Shown here in pieces: positions 18,821 to 28,892 of a stretch of DNA of 64,000 bases. Within the stretch, counting starts at the first letter, position 1. Every line of letters begins with the position of its first letter. The stretch is from an uncultured delta proteobacterium (GTDB taxonomy: Bacteria; Myxococcota_A; UBA9160; SMWR01), in NCBI GenBank assembly GCA_963832165.1, contig CAWHTE010000006.1, positions 1 to 64,000 of the forward strand. The letters are read 5' to 3'. The position numbers and the translations under genes were made by a program. The notes under the pieces are model-generated. The model saw only the letters and a program-made list of their open reading frames with translations. It was not told where the DNA came from and searched no databases.

Positions 18821-21573
18821 CGTCTCCGTAGTTGGTGCAGACCCGCGAGCGCGAGCACCGAGGCCAGCATGCCAGCGATCGCGGGCGGCTCCGGAAGCGG
18901 GTCCGCGATCCCGAGGCCTTCCGGGAACGTCAGATTGCCCTGGACCAGTACCGGTGGAAGCGGCGTGTCGAGGATCGGATCGAACGAGAGCTTCCAGAGC
19001 GTGCCGAGCCCGGGCACCGGACACAGGACCGTGGCGCACGGGGCGAGCCCCAGGTTGGCGAAGTACACGTTGCCCGGCGCGTCGACGGCGATTCCCGCAA
19101 TCCCAGGAGTCGGCTGCAGCTCTACGAGCGGTCGCGAGAACGTCCCGTCGAGGCCGTACTCGCTCACGAGCGGCGGGACCACGTTGCCTACCACCCACGT
19201 GCTGCCGCGCCGCGCGATCGAGATCGGCGTGAACGAGGTGAGGTCCTGGATGAAAGGCACCTTGCGCGCGGCGAGGTTGTACGAGCAGCTCGACCCCGTC
19301 GGCGGCGGGAACGGCGTCGTGTAGCGGCTGATCACCCCGCCGCTCGAACGGCCGCTCTCGGGCACGAGCACCGAGGCGTCGTCGGGGTCGATCGCGAGAT
19401 AGCCGGCCGTCGTGAGGTGGTTGTCGAGGATGCAGTACTTCGAATCGTGCGAGAAGTTGCCGTTGGCGTCGCGGTAGTAGGCGAACAGCGAGCCGACGCC
19501 CGGAACGTCGAACGCGCCGACGCCGATGTCGACGAGGAACAGGATGTCGTCCGCGGGGTCGTTCGCGTCGGCGCCCTTGGTGAACGCGCAACCCGTGTTG
19601 TCGGGCAGGTGATCGTTCGGCGGATCGCTGAAGTTGTAGGCCGGCACGAGCTTGTCGGTGATCGTCCACGGCCCGGTCACGCCACCGGTGGGGACGTACA
19701 GGCCCCAGCCCTGGTACAGGCCCGAGGGGTGCCCGTCGATTCCCGGATCGAGCCCCTGGTCGCTGTCCTCGCCCATCAGATAACGAACCGAGCCGTCGGC
19801 CTGCCTGATCTCGCAGACCTGCCCGTTCGAGTCGTTGCCATGGCCGCGCTGGATTTCAGGCGGATACGGGTGCGGACCCTCGTGCGCCGCCTCATGTGCG
19901 GGGATCGGCGTCGTACGCGTCGTGGCCGGCACGGCGGCCGCGAGGTCGTAGGCGTCGAGGTCGTTGCCCTGCGGGCTGAGCAGGATCCCGGCGCCCTGCC
20001 CGATCGGCAATACCGGGATCGAGTAGGCGTGGAGACCGTTGCGCTGGGCCTGGGGCGGGATCGGCTCCATCGTGAGTCCCGGTTCCGATGAAGATCGTGT
20101 CGCCGATGACCGTGGGTGACGACGACGGCGCTCCGAGCAGCGGGTGCTCCGCGAGGATCAGGCCCGTGTTCGCGTCGTAGGCCTGCAGCGAGAAGCTGAG
20201 GGTCCCCGGAACGAATACGATGCCGTTCGCGTAGGTCGGCGCGCCGTACGAAGGGCGCGCGATCGCGGAGCGCCACAGGATGCGCCCGTCGACCGCGCTG
20301 ATCGCGTGCAGCGACAGCATCCGAAGCGGGTCCTCGGCCAGCGTCGGATCGATCGATCCGCTGCCGGGAGGATCGACCGGCTCTCCGATCGGCGTCGACA
20401 CCGCGGTCGTTGAGGAAGATCGCCGGCTTCGCCATTCACCTGGCCGACCGCGGGCGATCCGATCATGCCGCCGATCGCGAAGTGCGGCTGCACGTGACCC
20501 GACTGCCCCGGGTGGCTCGTCCATGTGCGTGCACCGGTTAGGCGATCGAACGCGTAGTAGAAGCCGTCCTTGCCGCCGTTGCCGACGAGGCCGCCCGGCA
20601 ACAGGTTGGCCGACGCGCCGAAGTCGTCGTCGTACACGTTGAATCCGCGCGGATGGAACTCCCACTGCAGCTGTCCGGTCGTGGCCTGCAGCGCGTAGAC
20701 GCCCTCGCTCTCGGCCTCGCCGCTGCCGCCGGCGGGGTTCACGCAGTTCGAGGTGCCGAACACCACCAGCCCTGCGCCGCCGAACGCGTCCGTATCGACC
20801 GCGGGTGAGGACCAGATGCCCCCGCATCCGCGCCCGGTGCCCGACCCGTCGGTGATCGAAGTGCGCAGCGTGCGCGTCTCGGGATCGAACTTGTAGACGA
20901 GCTCGAGTCGATACGGCGTGGGGCCGTCCTCGTCGGGCACCAGCGCGAACGAGTGCAGGCCGGTGCGGCCGACGTTCGCGTCGTTGTGGACGTCCATCCC
21001 GACGAAGATCCGATCGCCACCCGCGAGGTGCGCGATCACGGGAGACGACTCGATCTCGATCTCGCCGGAGTCATCGGCGTTCACGCGCGGGTCGAGGTCC
21101 TGCTTCGCGAGCAGTGTTCCGGTGACGGGGTCGAGCACGTACAGCGTGGCGCCGCCGCCAAACGCCACGACTCGAATCGAATCGTCGCCAACGCGGATCG
21201 TGTCGACGGCTGCCGAGGACACGATGTGCGCGGGATAGCTGTTCTGCAGATCGTCGATCTGGAAGCTCCACAGCTCCGCGCCCGTGTTCGCATCGATCGC
21301 GTGGAACTTCCCGCTCCAGTCGCCGACGTACGCGACCCCGTTCACGACCGCGGCCGAAGCGGTCACCGACGCCTCGCCCGTGTCGAAGAACCACCTCTCG
21401 GTCAGCGTGGCCACGTTCGCGGTGGTGATCTGCGAGCAGCCCGGGCCCTGCGCGAAGCTGTGGCCGGGGTCGTGCCCGTACATCGGCCAGTTGCACCCCT
21501 GGTGACCGGCTCGGGACGCCATCGGCACGAGCACGACGGCGGTTGCGAGCAGTGCGATCGAACGCTTCTGCAC
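18817..21573 (-). CDS. Secreted PQQ-like beta-propeller protein with C-terminal PEP-CTERM-like anchor (about 917 aa after repairing three frameshifts)
   Basis: GGAGGA RBS + GTG 21573, signal peptide, WPMYG, propeller repeats (AIDANTGAELWSF, GIWSSPAVD, YAFDRLTGARTW, AYDANTG). Pieces lie in ORFs 20158-21639, 19892-20827 and 18817-20070. Ends LPEPPAIAGMLASVLALAGLHQLRRR. Confidence 0.8.
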
Positions 21574-21659
21574 AGCATTCCTCCAGCACATAGGTGAAAG
21601 CGGCGGTGCAGTCTGACCTGACGGACCGTCAGAAAGCAAGCAGATCGTAGTTCAGCGGG

Positions 21660-22487
21660 CTAACGACCCGGCTGATGAGCGCGACGGCGTCGCGCGGCCG
21701 CGAGCAGCGCCGCAAAGCCCGCAGCGAGCCCGGTGGCGGTGGACGGCTCGGGCAGGAAGACGATCCCGGCGAAGAAGTCGTCCATCGCGCCCACGTAGGT
21801 GATCACGCCGTTCGCGGGGTCGACCACACCGAGATGGCGGTCGAGCGTCTCGCCGAACCGGAAGGCCAGCCAGAGCTGCCCCGTGTCCGGATGGGTCGCG
21901 AGGCCGTTGGAGCCGTCGATCGCGGTGGCCTGGTAGGTCATGATGGCCGTGGAGAGCGCAGAGCCATTGGCGGGATTGAGCCGGTAGAGCTCGGCCCCCG
22001 CCTGCGCCACCCCGTAGAGCACACCGCCCGAGAAGGCGAGCCCTTTGAGCTTCTCCGGCACGCTTCCGATCAGCGTCCCGACGCCGACCGTGGTCGTGTC
22101 GAAGAACTGACTGCTGAAGTTCGCGACGAGGAAGCGGCCCGTCGCCGGGTTGTGGACGATCGCCGTGTTCTCTTCCGCGGTCGAACCGGTCGCCGTGAAC
22201 GGGCCCGTGGCAACGACCGAGAGCGTCCAGGGATCGATCTTCTCCCACACCTGGTTCGTGGTGCGCCCCGACGCGTGGTAGAGCAGATCGTCGTCGGGAT
22301 CGAAGCCGATCGTCTCGCCGTCCTCTCCGTTGCCGAACGTCATGAGGAAAGTGGACGAGGCGTCGCTGGGATCGATCTCGAACAGCGTCTCGGGGTTGAG
22401 CCCGGCCTCTCCGGTCACGCCGACGAGCGTCTGGGCATGGGCGGGTGCGAGACAGAGCAGGATCAGAAGGGCGCTCAGCTTGTGCAT
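21660..22487 (-). CDS. PEP-CTERM protein, probable beta-propeller
   Basis: Signal MHKLSALLILLCLAPAHA; GLAF/GLAT repeats; ends FLPEPSTATGLAAGFAALLAAARRRR. Confidence 0.88.
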   Translation of the reverse strand: MHKLSALLILLCLAPAHAQTLVGVTGEAGLNPETLFEIDPSDASSTFLMTFGNGEDGETIGFDPDDDLLYHASGRTTNQVWEKIDPWTLSVVATGPFTATGSTAEENTAIVHNPATGRFLVANFSSQFFDTTTVGVGTLIGSVPEKLKGLAFSGGVLYGVAQAGAELYRLNPANGSALSTAIMTYQATAIDGSNGLATHPDTGQLWLAFRFGETLDRHLGVVDPANGVITYVGAMDDFFAGIVFLPEPSTATGLAAGFAALLAAARRRRAHQPGR

Positions 22488-22498
22488 GGATTCTCCGG

Positions 22499-23536
22499 TC
22501 AGCTCCGCACACGCGGAATTCTCGTTCGCGCCTGACTGGGCGTGGTGCCACTCCAGCGCCGGAACGCGCGCGTGAAACATGCGGGGTCGCTGTAGCCGAG
22601 AGACTCCGAGATGTGTTGGATGTGCAAGTCGGAGTCCTGCAGCATCCGGCGCGCTTCTCGCAGACGCGCCTCGTTGAGCAGCACGCGAAATCCGAAGCCG
22701 CGCTCCTTGAGCTTTCGCTTGAGCGTGCGTCCCGACACACCCAGCTTCGCGGCGACTGCGTCGAGATCGGGGAAGCTGCCGGGTCGAGCGACGAGTGCGT
22801 TGCGCACTCGCTCCACCACGTCGCCACCGTACGGCTCGAGCACCACTCGTTCGCGCTCGCATTGCTCGACGAATCGCCGCACCGCTTCGGGATCGGACAG
22901 GCGAAGGGGCAGATCGAGAAAGACCGCCGAGAACCGCAGCTGGATCGCAGGCATGCCGAACAGCGTCTGCGGGAGCCTCGAGCGGAAGCGCTCGAAGTAG
23001 TCCGGCTCGGGCCAGTCGAACCAGATCGCCGTGTCCGCGGGCCGATAGTTCAACAGGAGACCCGCGCCCATCTGCCACAGGCCGGCGATCAGGCATTCCT
23101 GGATGAAGCGCCGGATCGCCGGGGCGACGCGATTCCGCTCGCTCGACTCCAGAACGACGTGGGATCCGTCCACGAACACGCGCAGCGCGACGTCGGGCAG
23201 CTGCAGCTGCACGTAGCGGACGACGAGATCGAGGGCCTTGCCGAGCGTGTCGCAGCTCATCGCGGCAAAGCCCAGATCGCCGTGTCCGGTCGGCTTCGTC
23301 TCGAGACCGAGCTCGAGGCCGAGGCCGGCGTCGCCCGTGAGCTCGATCGCGCGTTCGATCACTCGAACGGCATCTCCGGCGGAGAGCCGGTATCCCACGG
23401 ACTCGATCTGCTGGGGCGAGAGGCCGACCGGTCGCAGCAGGTCGCTCGGATCGATCCCGCGACGTGCGGCAGCCGCGAGGACCAGCCTGATGTACGCGGC
23501 GGGGACGCGCGTCTCCTGGCCCATAACATCAAGCAT
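22499..23536 (-). CDS. AraC family transcriptional regulator (OruR-like N-terminus)
   Basis: GLGLELG, HGDLGFAAMSC; HTH VAAKLGVSGRTLKRKL; LGYSDPACFTRAFRRWSG. Confidence 0.93.
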   Translation of the reverse strand: MLDVMGQETRVPAAYIRLVLAAAARRGIDPSDLLRPVGLSPQQIESVGYRLSAGDAVRVIERAIELTGDAGLGLELGLETKPTGHGDLGFAAMSCDTLGKALDLVVRYVQLQLPDVALRVFVDGSHVVLESSERNRVAPAIRRFIQECLIAGLWQMGAGLLLNYRPADTAIWFDWPEPDYFERFRSRLPQTLFGMPAIQLRFSAVFLDLPLRLSDPEAVRRFVEQCERERVVLEPYGGDVVERVRNALVARPGSFPDLDAVAAKLGVSGRTLKRKLKERGFGFRVLLNEARLREARRMLQDSDLHIQHISESLGYSDPACFTRAFRRWSGTTPSQARTRIPRVRS

Positions 23537-23581
23537 GCTCTCATGGCCGCAAACTCGTGTCCAGCCGTTCAACAAGGAGTC

Positions 23582-24061
23582 TCAGCTCCCGGCTTGACTC
23601 ATGGCGGCCGCAGCGCGCTTGATCGCCGCGCGGATCCGGACGTAGGTACCGCAGCGACAGACGTTCAGATCCATGGAGGCGTCGATGTCGGTGTCGCTGG
23701 GGTTCGGGTTCGAGGCGAGCAGCGCGACCGCGGTCATGATCTGCCCGGGCTGGCAGAAGCCGCACTGCGCAACATCCTCGTCGATCCAGGCCTGCTGGAC
23801 GGGGTGGAGCTCCTCCCCGTTGGCGAGCCCCTCGATCGTCGTGATCGGTCGGTCGCGGACCGACTCCACGGACACCGTGCACGGACGAGCGGCCTTGTTC
23901 GCGCCGATGTGACTCGTGCAGGCACCGCACACGCCGATGCCGCAGCCGTACTTCGGCCCCGTGATGCCGAGCAGGTCGCGCAGAACCCACAGGAGCGGCA
24001 TGCCGTTGGGCGCGTCCACGGTGTGCTGCTGCCCGTTTACGGTCAGGGTGAACTGCGGCAA
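23582..24061 (-). CDS. (2Fe-2S)-binding small subunit, isoquinoline 1-oxidoreductase alpha type
   Basis: [47 protein letters not shown] start. Confidence 0.93.
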   Translation of the reverse strand: MPQFTLTVNGQQHTVDAPNGMPLLWVLRDLLGITGPKYGCGIGVCGACTSHIGANKAARPCTVSVESVRDRPITTIEGLANGEELHPVQQAWIDEDVAQCGFCQPGQIMTAVALLASNPNPSDTDIDASMDLNVCRCGTYVRIRAAIKRAAAAMSQAGS

Positions 24062-24251
24062 GCGACGAACTCCTCCAGCTCTTCCATTCTCTACGGTCGC
24101 ACCGATCCCCGGTGAGGAGCAATCGGGACTTTCGCATTGATCGTTCGGGCCAACCCACCATCTGGTTCGCCGATCGAACGACTTGGCCCGAACTGATAAT
24201 CAGTTAGGCCTGTTCGAGTCTCACACGTCCACCGCGTCCTCGGCTAGAAGA

Positions 24252-26696
24252 ATGGCGATGACGGCGATCCACCGTTCGGCGATGGGAACGCTCGCGATCG
24301 CGCTGATCGCGTCGCCGGGCTTCGCCCAGACGCTGCCTCCCCTGCTCGGCAATCCCGGCAAGCGCTACTTCGTGAATCAGCTCTGCGACGGCGCGCCCGA
24401 CGGCACGCCGATCGACTGGAGCCAGGATCCGCGCGTGCTGTTGCAGAAGGCCGGCTTCGCGGGCTCGGCGGGTCTGATCGACAGCGAAACGCATGCGGTC
24501 CACTTCAACGACCCGTACGAGATCTGCCACGTCCCGCAGCTGTTCGAGAATCAGGCGCAGCAGAACGCGATCCGCATCGCGAGGGGTTTGAAGCCGATCT
24601 ACTCGGCTCGCCCGTATCCGGAGACCTGCGGCGAGTGGCGGCAGAGCGTCCAGGAAGGCCACGACTGGGTCGCGCTGTTCCCGACCGACCAGTCGCGCGA
24701 GGACGGTCACGGCGGCGACTACAGCGGGGTCTCCCACGCGATCTCTGGCGGCGCCACCGCGCAGGCCTGGAACAATCTGTGGCGCGTGTGGGGACTCACG
24801 GAGCGCCCCGCGAACTTCGACGAGCAGCTGTCCGAGCGCTACGGGCACTCGCCGATGCCGGAGCACCTCTACAACCCGTATCCGCTGCCGGGCGAAGAGG
24901 CGCTGCTCAGCAAGACCTTCGGTGGCACGGGTCGGTTGCCGCTCGGCTTCGCGCAGGGGCGCACCGCCGACGGCAAGTACGCCGGCACGATCGGGCTCAA
25001 CTGCTTCTCCTGCCACGGCGGACAGATCGGCAGCGGCGAGGTCGTGAGCCGCGACGGCAACTATCAGCCCGGCAGCTACGGCGGGAATGCGAACGGCACG
25101 TTCATGGGGCTGCCCAACACCAACACCGAGCTCGGGGTGCTGATCACCGATCTGATCAACGCCCAACAGTATGCGGTGTACCCCCAGCAGGTGCCGCCGG
25201 TAGTCCCGGCGCTCGGCTATGTGCCTCTGGTCAACACCACGCGAGGCACCAACGCCGCCGACACCGAGATCGAGGCGATCGTCGCGATCCGCGATTTCGA
25301 CACGCTCGAGTTCAGCCACGTGTTCGCGTATCCGCTGCACGCGAACTTCGGCGACCAGGATCCGCCGGCGTGGTGGTGGCTGCACAACAAGACCCGCTAC
25401 CTGTGGTTCGGCGGCCATTCGAGCGACACGTCGCGCGGCAACATGTACTTCGGCAGCGTCAACGGCCTGTCGGGCGAACAGGTCAAGGAGAACGAGGGCG
25501 TCTTCGAATCGGTACACGATTGGACGCTCACGATCGAGGCGCCGAGCTACCCGCTCGGCTATTGCACGGGCCCGAACGGCACTCGCGCGGCGGGAGATGC
25601 GGAGGGCTGCATCAATCGCCCCCTGGCCGAGCAGGGTGCCGTGCTCTTCCACAACAAGGATCTGTGGAAGGAGGGCAACGCCGACATCCCTCGGCCGAAG
25701 GGCAACGGATCCTGCGCCGGCTGTCACGGCGTGTACTCGCCGCGCTATGCGAGCGACCCGACCTTCCTGCCGGATCCGAAGCTCGCCGGCATGACCGGAT
25801 ACACGGTTCCGCTCGAGATCATCAATACCGATCCGGCACAGGCCGAGGGCTGGGCCGCCGAGATCGACGGCCACGTTTCGACGTTCTGGTGGTCGTACCC
25901 CGACGCGCAGCCGAACTACTCCTTCCCCGAGAACAAGAGCGCGATCATCGAGGCCCTCGACGACTACATCGGCGTCATCGACTCGTCGACGCCCTCGAAC
26001 ATCGCCGATCACCTGAGGCGACAGATCGACGGATTCTCGTCCACGATGGACCCGATGCTGTTGGCGGTGATCAACGCGCTCGAGGACCCGTTGAACCAGT
26101 TGTACGCGCTGGTGCGACGCGTCCTCGGCCCCGCCGTGACGCCGGGCCAGTACATCGGCCGCGTCGAGGGGGTCTGTCCGTTCGAGGCGAAGACGGTGGG
26201 TTATGTCACCCCTCCGCTGCACGGCGTCTGGGCGAGCGCACCCTACTTCCACAACGGCTCCGTGCCGACGGTCTGGCAGGTGCTCAAGCCCGAGGAGAGG
26301 CCGAAGGTCTGGCGACGCCAGCGCAGCACGGCTGCCGTGCGCGTCCCCGGCTTCGAGCACGAGATCACCGGACCCAACAGCGCCTACGACTACACACGCC
26401 TGGGCTGGAAGCACGATGTGCTCAAGTGCGTCACCTGGCGCGACGGAGTCCCGTACTACCAGTGCCAGGGGAATCGCGATATTCCGCAGGAGCTCGACTG
26501 GGTCAAGGACACGCTGCTCGGCGGCGCGGTGTGGCCGACCTGGGTCGTGCCGCCGCCGGTCGGAGACCAGGGTCTCGCAGATCGGATGATCTACAACACG
26601 CACCTGTACTCGAAGAAGAACGGGGGTCATGCTTTCGTGAAAGTTCTGACCGACGCTCAGCGGCGCGCACTGCTCGAGTACTTGAAGACGTTGTAG
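24252..26696 (+). CDS. Secreted diheme c-type protein, RoxA (rubber oxygenase)-like
   Basis: Signal peptide; CFSCH and CAGCH heme motifs; DPPAWW; YVTPPLHGVWASAPYFHNGSVPT; ends RRALLEYLKTL. Confidence 0.8.
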   Translation: MAMTAIHRSAMGTLAIALIASPGFAQTLPPLLGNPGKRYFVNQLCDGAPDGTPIDWSQDPRVLLQKAGFAGSAGLIDSETHAVHFNDPYEICHVPQLFENQAQQNAIRIARGLKPIYSARPYPETCGEWRQSVQEGHDWVALFPTDQSREDGHGGDYSGVSHAISGGATAQAWNNLWRVWGLTERPANFDEQLSERYGHSPMPEHLYNPYPLPGEEALLSKTFGGTGRLPLGFAQGRTADGKYAGTIGLNCFSCHGGQIGSGEVVSRDGNYQPGSYGGNANGTFMGLPNTNTELGVLITDLINAQQYAVYPQQVPPVVPALGYVPLVNTTRGTNAADTEIEAIVAIRDFDTLEFSHVFAYPLHANFGDQDPPAWWWLHNKTRYLWFGGHSSDTSRGNMYFGSVNGLSGEQVKENEGVFESVHDWTLTIEAPSYPLGYCTGPNGTRAAGDAEGCINRPLAEQGAVLFHNKDLWKEGNADIPRPKGNGSCAGCHGVYSPRYASDPTFLPDPKLAGMTGYTVPLEIINTDPAQAEGWAAEIDGHVSTFWWSYPDAQPNYSFPENKSAIIEALDDYIGVIDSSTPSNIADHLRRQIDGFSSTMDPMLLAVINALEDPLNQLYALVRRVLGPAVTPGQYIGRVEGVCPFEAKTVGYVTPPLHGVWASAPYFHNGSVPTVWQVLKPEERPKVWRRQRSTAAVRVPGFEHEITGPNSAYDYTRLGWKHDVLKCVTWRDGVPYYQCQGNRDIPQELDWVKDTLLGGAVWPTWVVPPPVGDQGLADRMIYNTHLYSKKNGGHAFVKVLTDAQRRALLEYLKTL

Positions 26697-26754
26697 GCAT
26701 CTGCGCGTCGCGCGCGGGGTCGACGCGCGCGCGCGCGTTCGCTTCCATCGCCGC

Positions 26755-27873
26755 GTGCGCTGGATCGCCCTGCTCTTCTCGCTCCTGTGCGCGCTGCTCG
26801 GGGGCGAGGCGATCGCCCGGCGCGTGGTGGACGACGTCTACCTCGAGCGCCAGATCGGATCTGGGGGCGTGCTCGTGCCCTACGAGCCCGGCGCCACCGC
26901 CGATCTGCTCCAGCCCGAGTTCCGCGTGCGCTACCGGATCAACGAGTTCGGCTACCGCGACCGGCTCGACCGGCGCGCAGCGCGCACACCCGGCGTCGCG
27001 CGCGTCGCGCTGCTCGGCGACTCGTTCGCGGCGGGCTGGGGAGTCGAGTTCGAGGACGGCTTCGCGAGCCGCTTCGAGCGCGCCACTGGCATCGAGGTGA
27101 TCAACGGCGCGAAGAACGGCGGCTGCCCGCTCTGGTTCGTGGCGCAGGCGCGCTTCGTGCGCGAGCGCTTCGCGCCCGACTGGCTGCTCGTGCAGCTGTT
27201 CGACAACGACGCCGACGACAACCGCCAGTTCATGGACCGCTTCGAGCTCGACTACGGCGAGCGCGCGGGCGAGCTGCCGCGCGCGATCGGCCCGCTCGAC
27301 ACGCAGGGCCGCCGACTTCGCCACGCGTGGGATTCGACGGTGTTCCAGCACCGGTTCCGCCAGCTCCAGCGGCGGATCAAGGGGAAGCGCCTCGCGCGCA
27401 CGCCCTACGTGAAGCCCGGCGCGAAGCCGGATGAGCCGATCCTCTCGCGCGCGCAGGCGATCGAGCGCTATGCGATCGACCTCACACCGCAGCGCAACTG
27501 GGAGGGGCCGTTCTCGTTCCACGATCCCGCCCAGCGCGACGCGTGGCGCGAGCGGATCGCGTGGAATGCGCAGCTGCTCGATCAGCTGCTCGAGGAGTCC
27601 GCGCGCGCGAACGTGCCGGTCGCCGTGCTCTACATCCCCGCGTATCCGGTGTTCCTGCGCGCGCGCGAGGAGAACCCGGTCGCGGAGGCCGCGCGCGCGG
27701 TCGCACAGCGCCGCGGCGCGCTCTGGCTCGATGCGACCGATCTCCTGGCAAGCGCGCGCGCACCCGCGCTGCTCTACTACGCGTTCGACAGCCACCTCGA
27801 TCCGGCTGGCCACGCCGCGATCGCGGACGCGCTCGTGCGCGAGCTCGCGCCGCGCGTGCGCGGAGGCGGCTAG
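26755..27873 (+). CDS. SGNH/GDSL hydrolase family protein, N-terminally anchored
   Basis: INEFGYRD, LLGDSFAAG, NGA, FDND, DSHLD..GH. Confidence 0.85.
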   Translation: MRWIALLFSLLCALLGGEAIARRVVDDVYLERQIGSGGVLVPYEPGATADLLQPEFRVRYRINEFGYRDRLDRRAARTPGVARVALLGDSFAAGWGVEFEDGFASRFERATGIEVINGAKNGGCPLWFVAQARFVRERFAPDWLLVQLFDNDADDNRQFMDRFELDYGERAGELPRAIGPLDTQGRRLRHAWDSTVFQHRFRQLQRRIKGKRLARTPYVKPGAKPDEPILSRAQAIERYAIDLTPQRNWEGPFSFHDPAQRDAWRERIAWNAQLLDQLLEESARANVPVAVLYIPAYPVFLRAREENPVAEAARAVAQRRGALWLDATDLLASARAPALLYYAFDSHLDPAGHAAIADALVRELAPRVRGGG

Positions 27874-27882
27874 CAGTCGGGA

Positions 27883-28290
27883 TCAGCGCTTCGCGGCGCC
27901 TGCGAGCATCAGCCTCGCGACCGCGTTCAGCGCATCGCTCCAGGCGTTCGCGAGGGCGGGCGTCCAGGCGCTGCCGGCGACATCCGCGAGCGTCGCGAGC
28001 ATGCACTCGGCCACCCAGCCGTACATCTCGGGCGTGACGCCGTAGACGACGTGTTGCGCCCCGAGGTCGCCGAGCGCGGACGTGAGCCACGGAGCGTCCT
28101 CGAGATGGTCGACGACCGCGACGAGCGCCTCGGTGAGCATCTTCGCCTGGCTGTCCGAATCCCGCCCGAACAGGCGCCGCGCCTGCGGATACCGCGAGAA
28201 GAGCGTCTCGTAGAAGCGGGCGGCGAGCTCGGGCTCGCGCTCGACGACGAGTGAGAAGGAGCTGCGCAGTAATTCGACGGGGAGCGACAT
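27883..28290 (-). CDS. Single-domain globin (flavohemoglobin-type globin domain)
   Basis: FYETLFSRYPQARRLF, Q..ML, LGAQHVVYGV, Y..V..CML, AW. Confidence 0.9.
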   Translation of the reverse strand: MSLPVELLRSSFSLVVEREPELAARFYETLFSRYPQARRLFGRDSDSQAKMLTEALVAVVDHLEDAPWLTSALGDLGAQHVVYGVTPEMYGWVAECMLATLADVAGSAWTPALANAWSDALNAVARLMLAGAAKR

Positions 28291-28418
28291 CGGGGGATCC
28301 TCGCGAGCGACGGGGGCTCGGCATTCGGGTTCAAGGGGGTAATCGGCACGGCCGATACCGGTTTGTCGGATGCGGACTTCGGGATCTTGAGCCCGCGCTC
28401 GACTCGGAGGGCCACCGC

Positions 28419-28892
28419 ATGCAATTCGCCCGACGCACCGACTACAGCCTTCGCGTGCTGCTCTACCTCGCGCTGCACCCGGACCGGATCGTGTCGATTC
28501 CGGAGATCGCCGACGCGTACCGGATCTCGCACCACCACCTCGCGAAGATCGCGCAGCGCCTGGCGGGGCTGCATTGGATCGAGTCGCAACGCGGACAGCG
28601 CGGCGGCCTGCGACTCTCGGATGAAGGAGCCCGGCTCACGATCGGTGACGTGGTGCGCGCGCTCGAGCGCTTCGAGCTCGTCGAATGCTTCCAGCCGGGC
28701 GGTGGCCACTGTCCGATCACGCCCGCGTGCGGCGTGACTGGCGCGCTCCTGCGCGCGCAGCAGGCGTTCATGCGCGTGCTCGACGGGTATCCACTGTCCC
28801 AGATGGCGCAGGATCCCAGCGCGTTGCTCGCTCTGCTGCCGGCCCGCCACCGGGTCGCGGCCGGAGGCGCGCGCCCGTCGACAGTGGCCTAG
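28419..28892 (+). CDS. nsrR: Rrf2 family NO-sensing repressor
   Basis: TDYSLRVLLYLA, ISHHHLAKI, RGQRGG, three Cys in LVECF..HCPITPAC; divergent from the globin. Confidence 0.82.
   Translation: MQFARRTDYSLRVLLYLALHPDRIVSIPEIADAYRISHHHLAKIAQRLAGLHWIESQRGQRGGLRLSDEGARLTIGDVVRALERFELVECFQPGGGHCPITPACGVTGALLRAQQAFMRVLDGYPLSQMAQDPSALLALLPARHRVAAGGARPSTVA

Noticed and set aside
20070..20435. Programmed frameshifting or phase variation in the PQQ-like gene
   Set aside because: No slippery heptamer or long homopolymer at the shift sites; the same extra-T pattern recurs in unrelated genes, so error is more likely
26697..26750. CG-alternating run and hairpin after the diheme gene
   Set aside because: Low-complexity GC self-complementarity with no U-tract; not distinguishable from background
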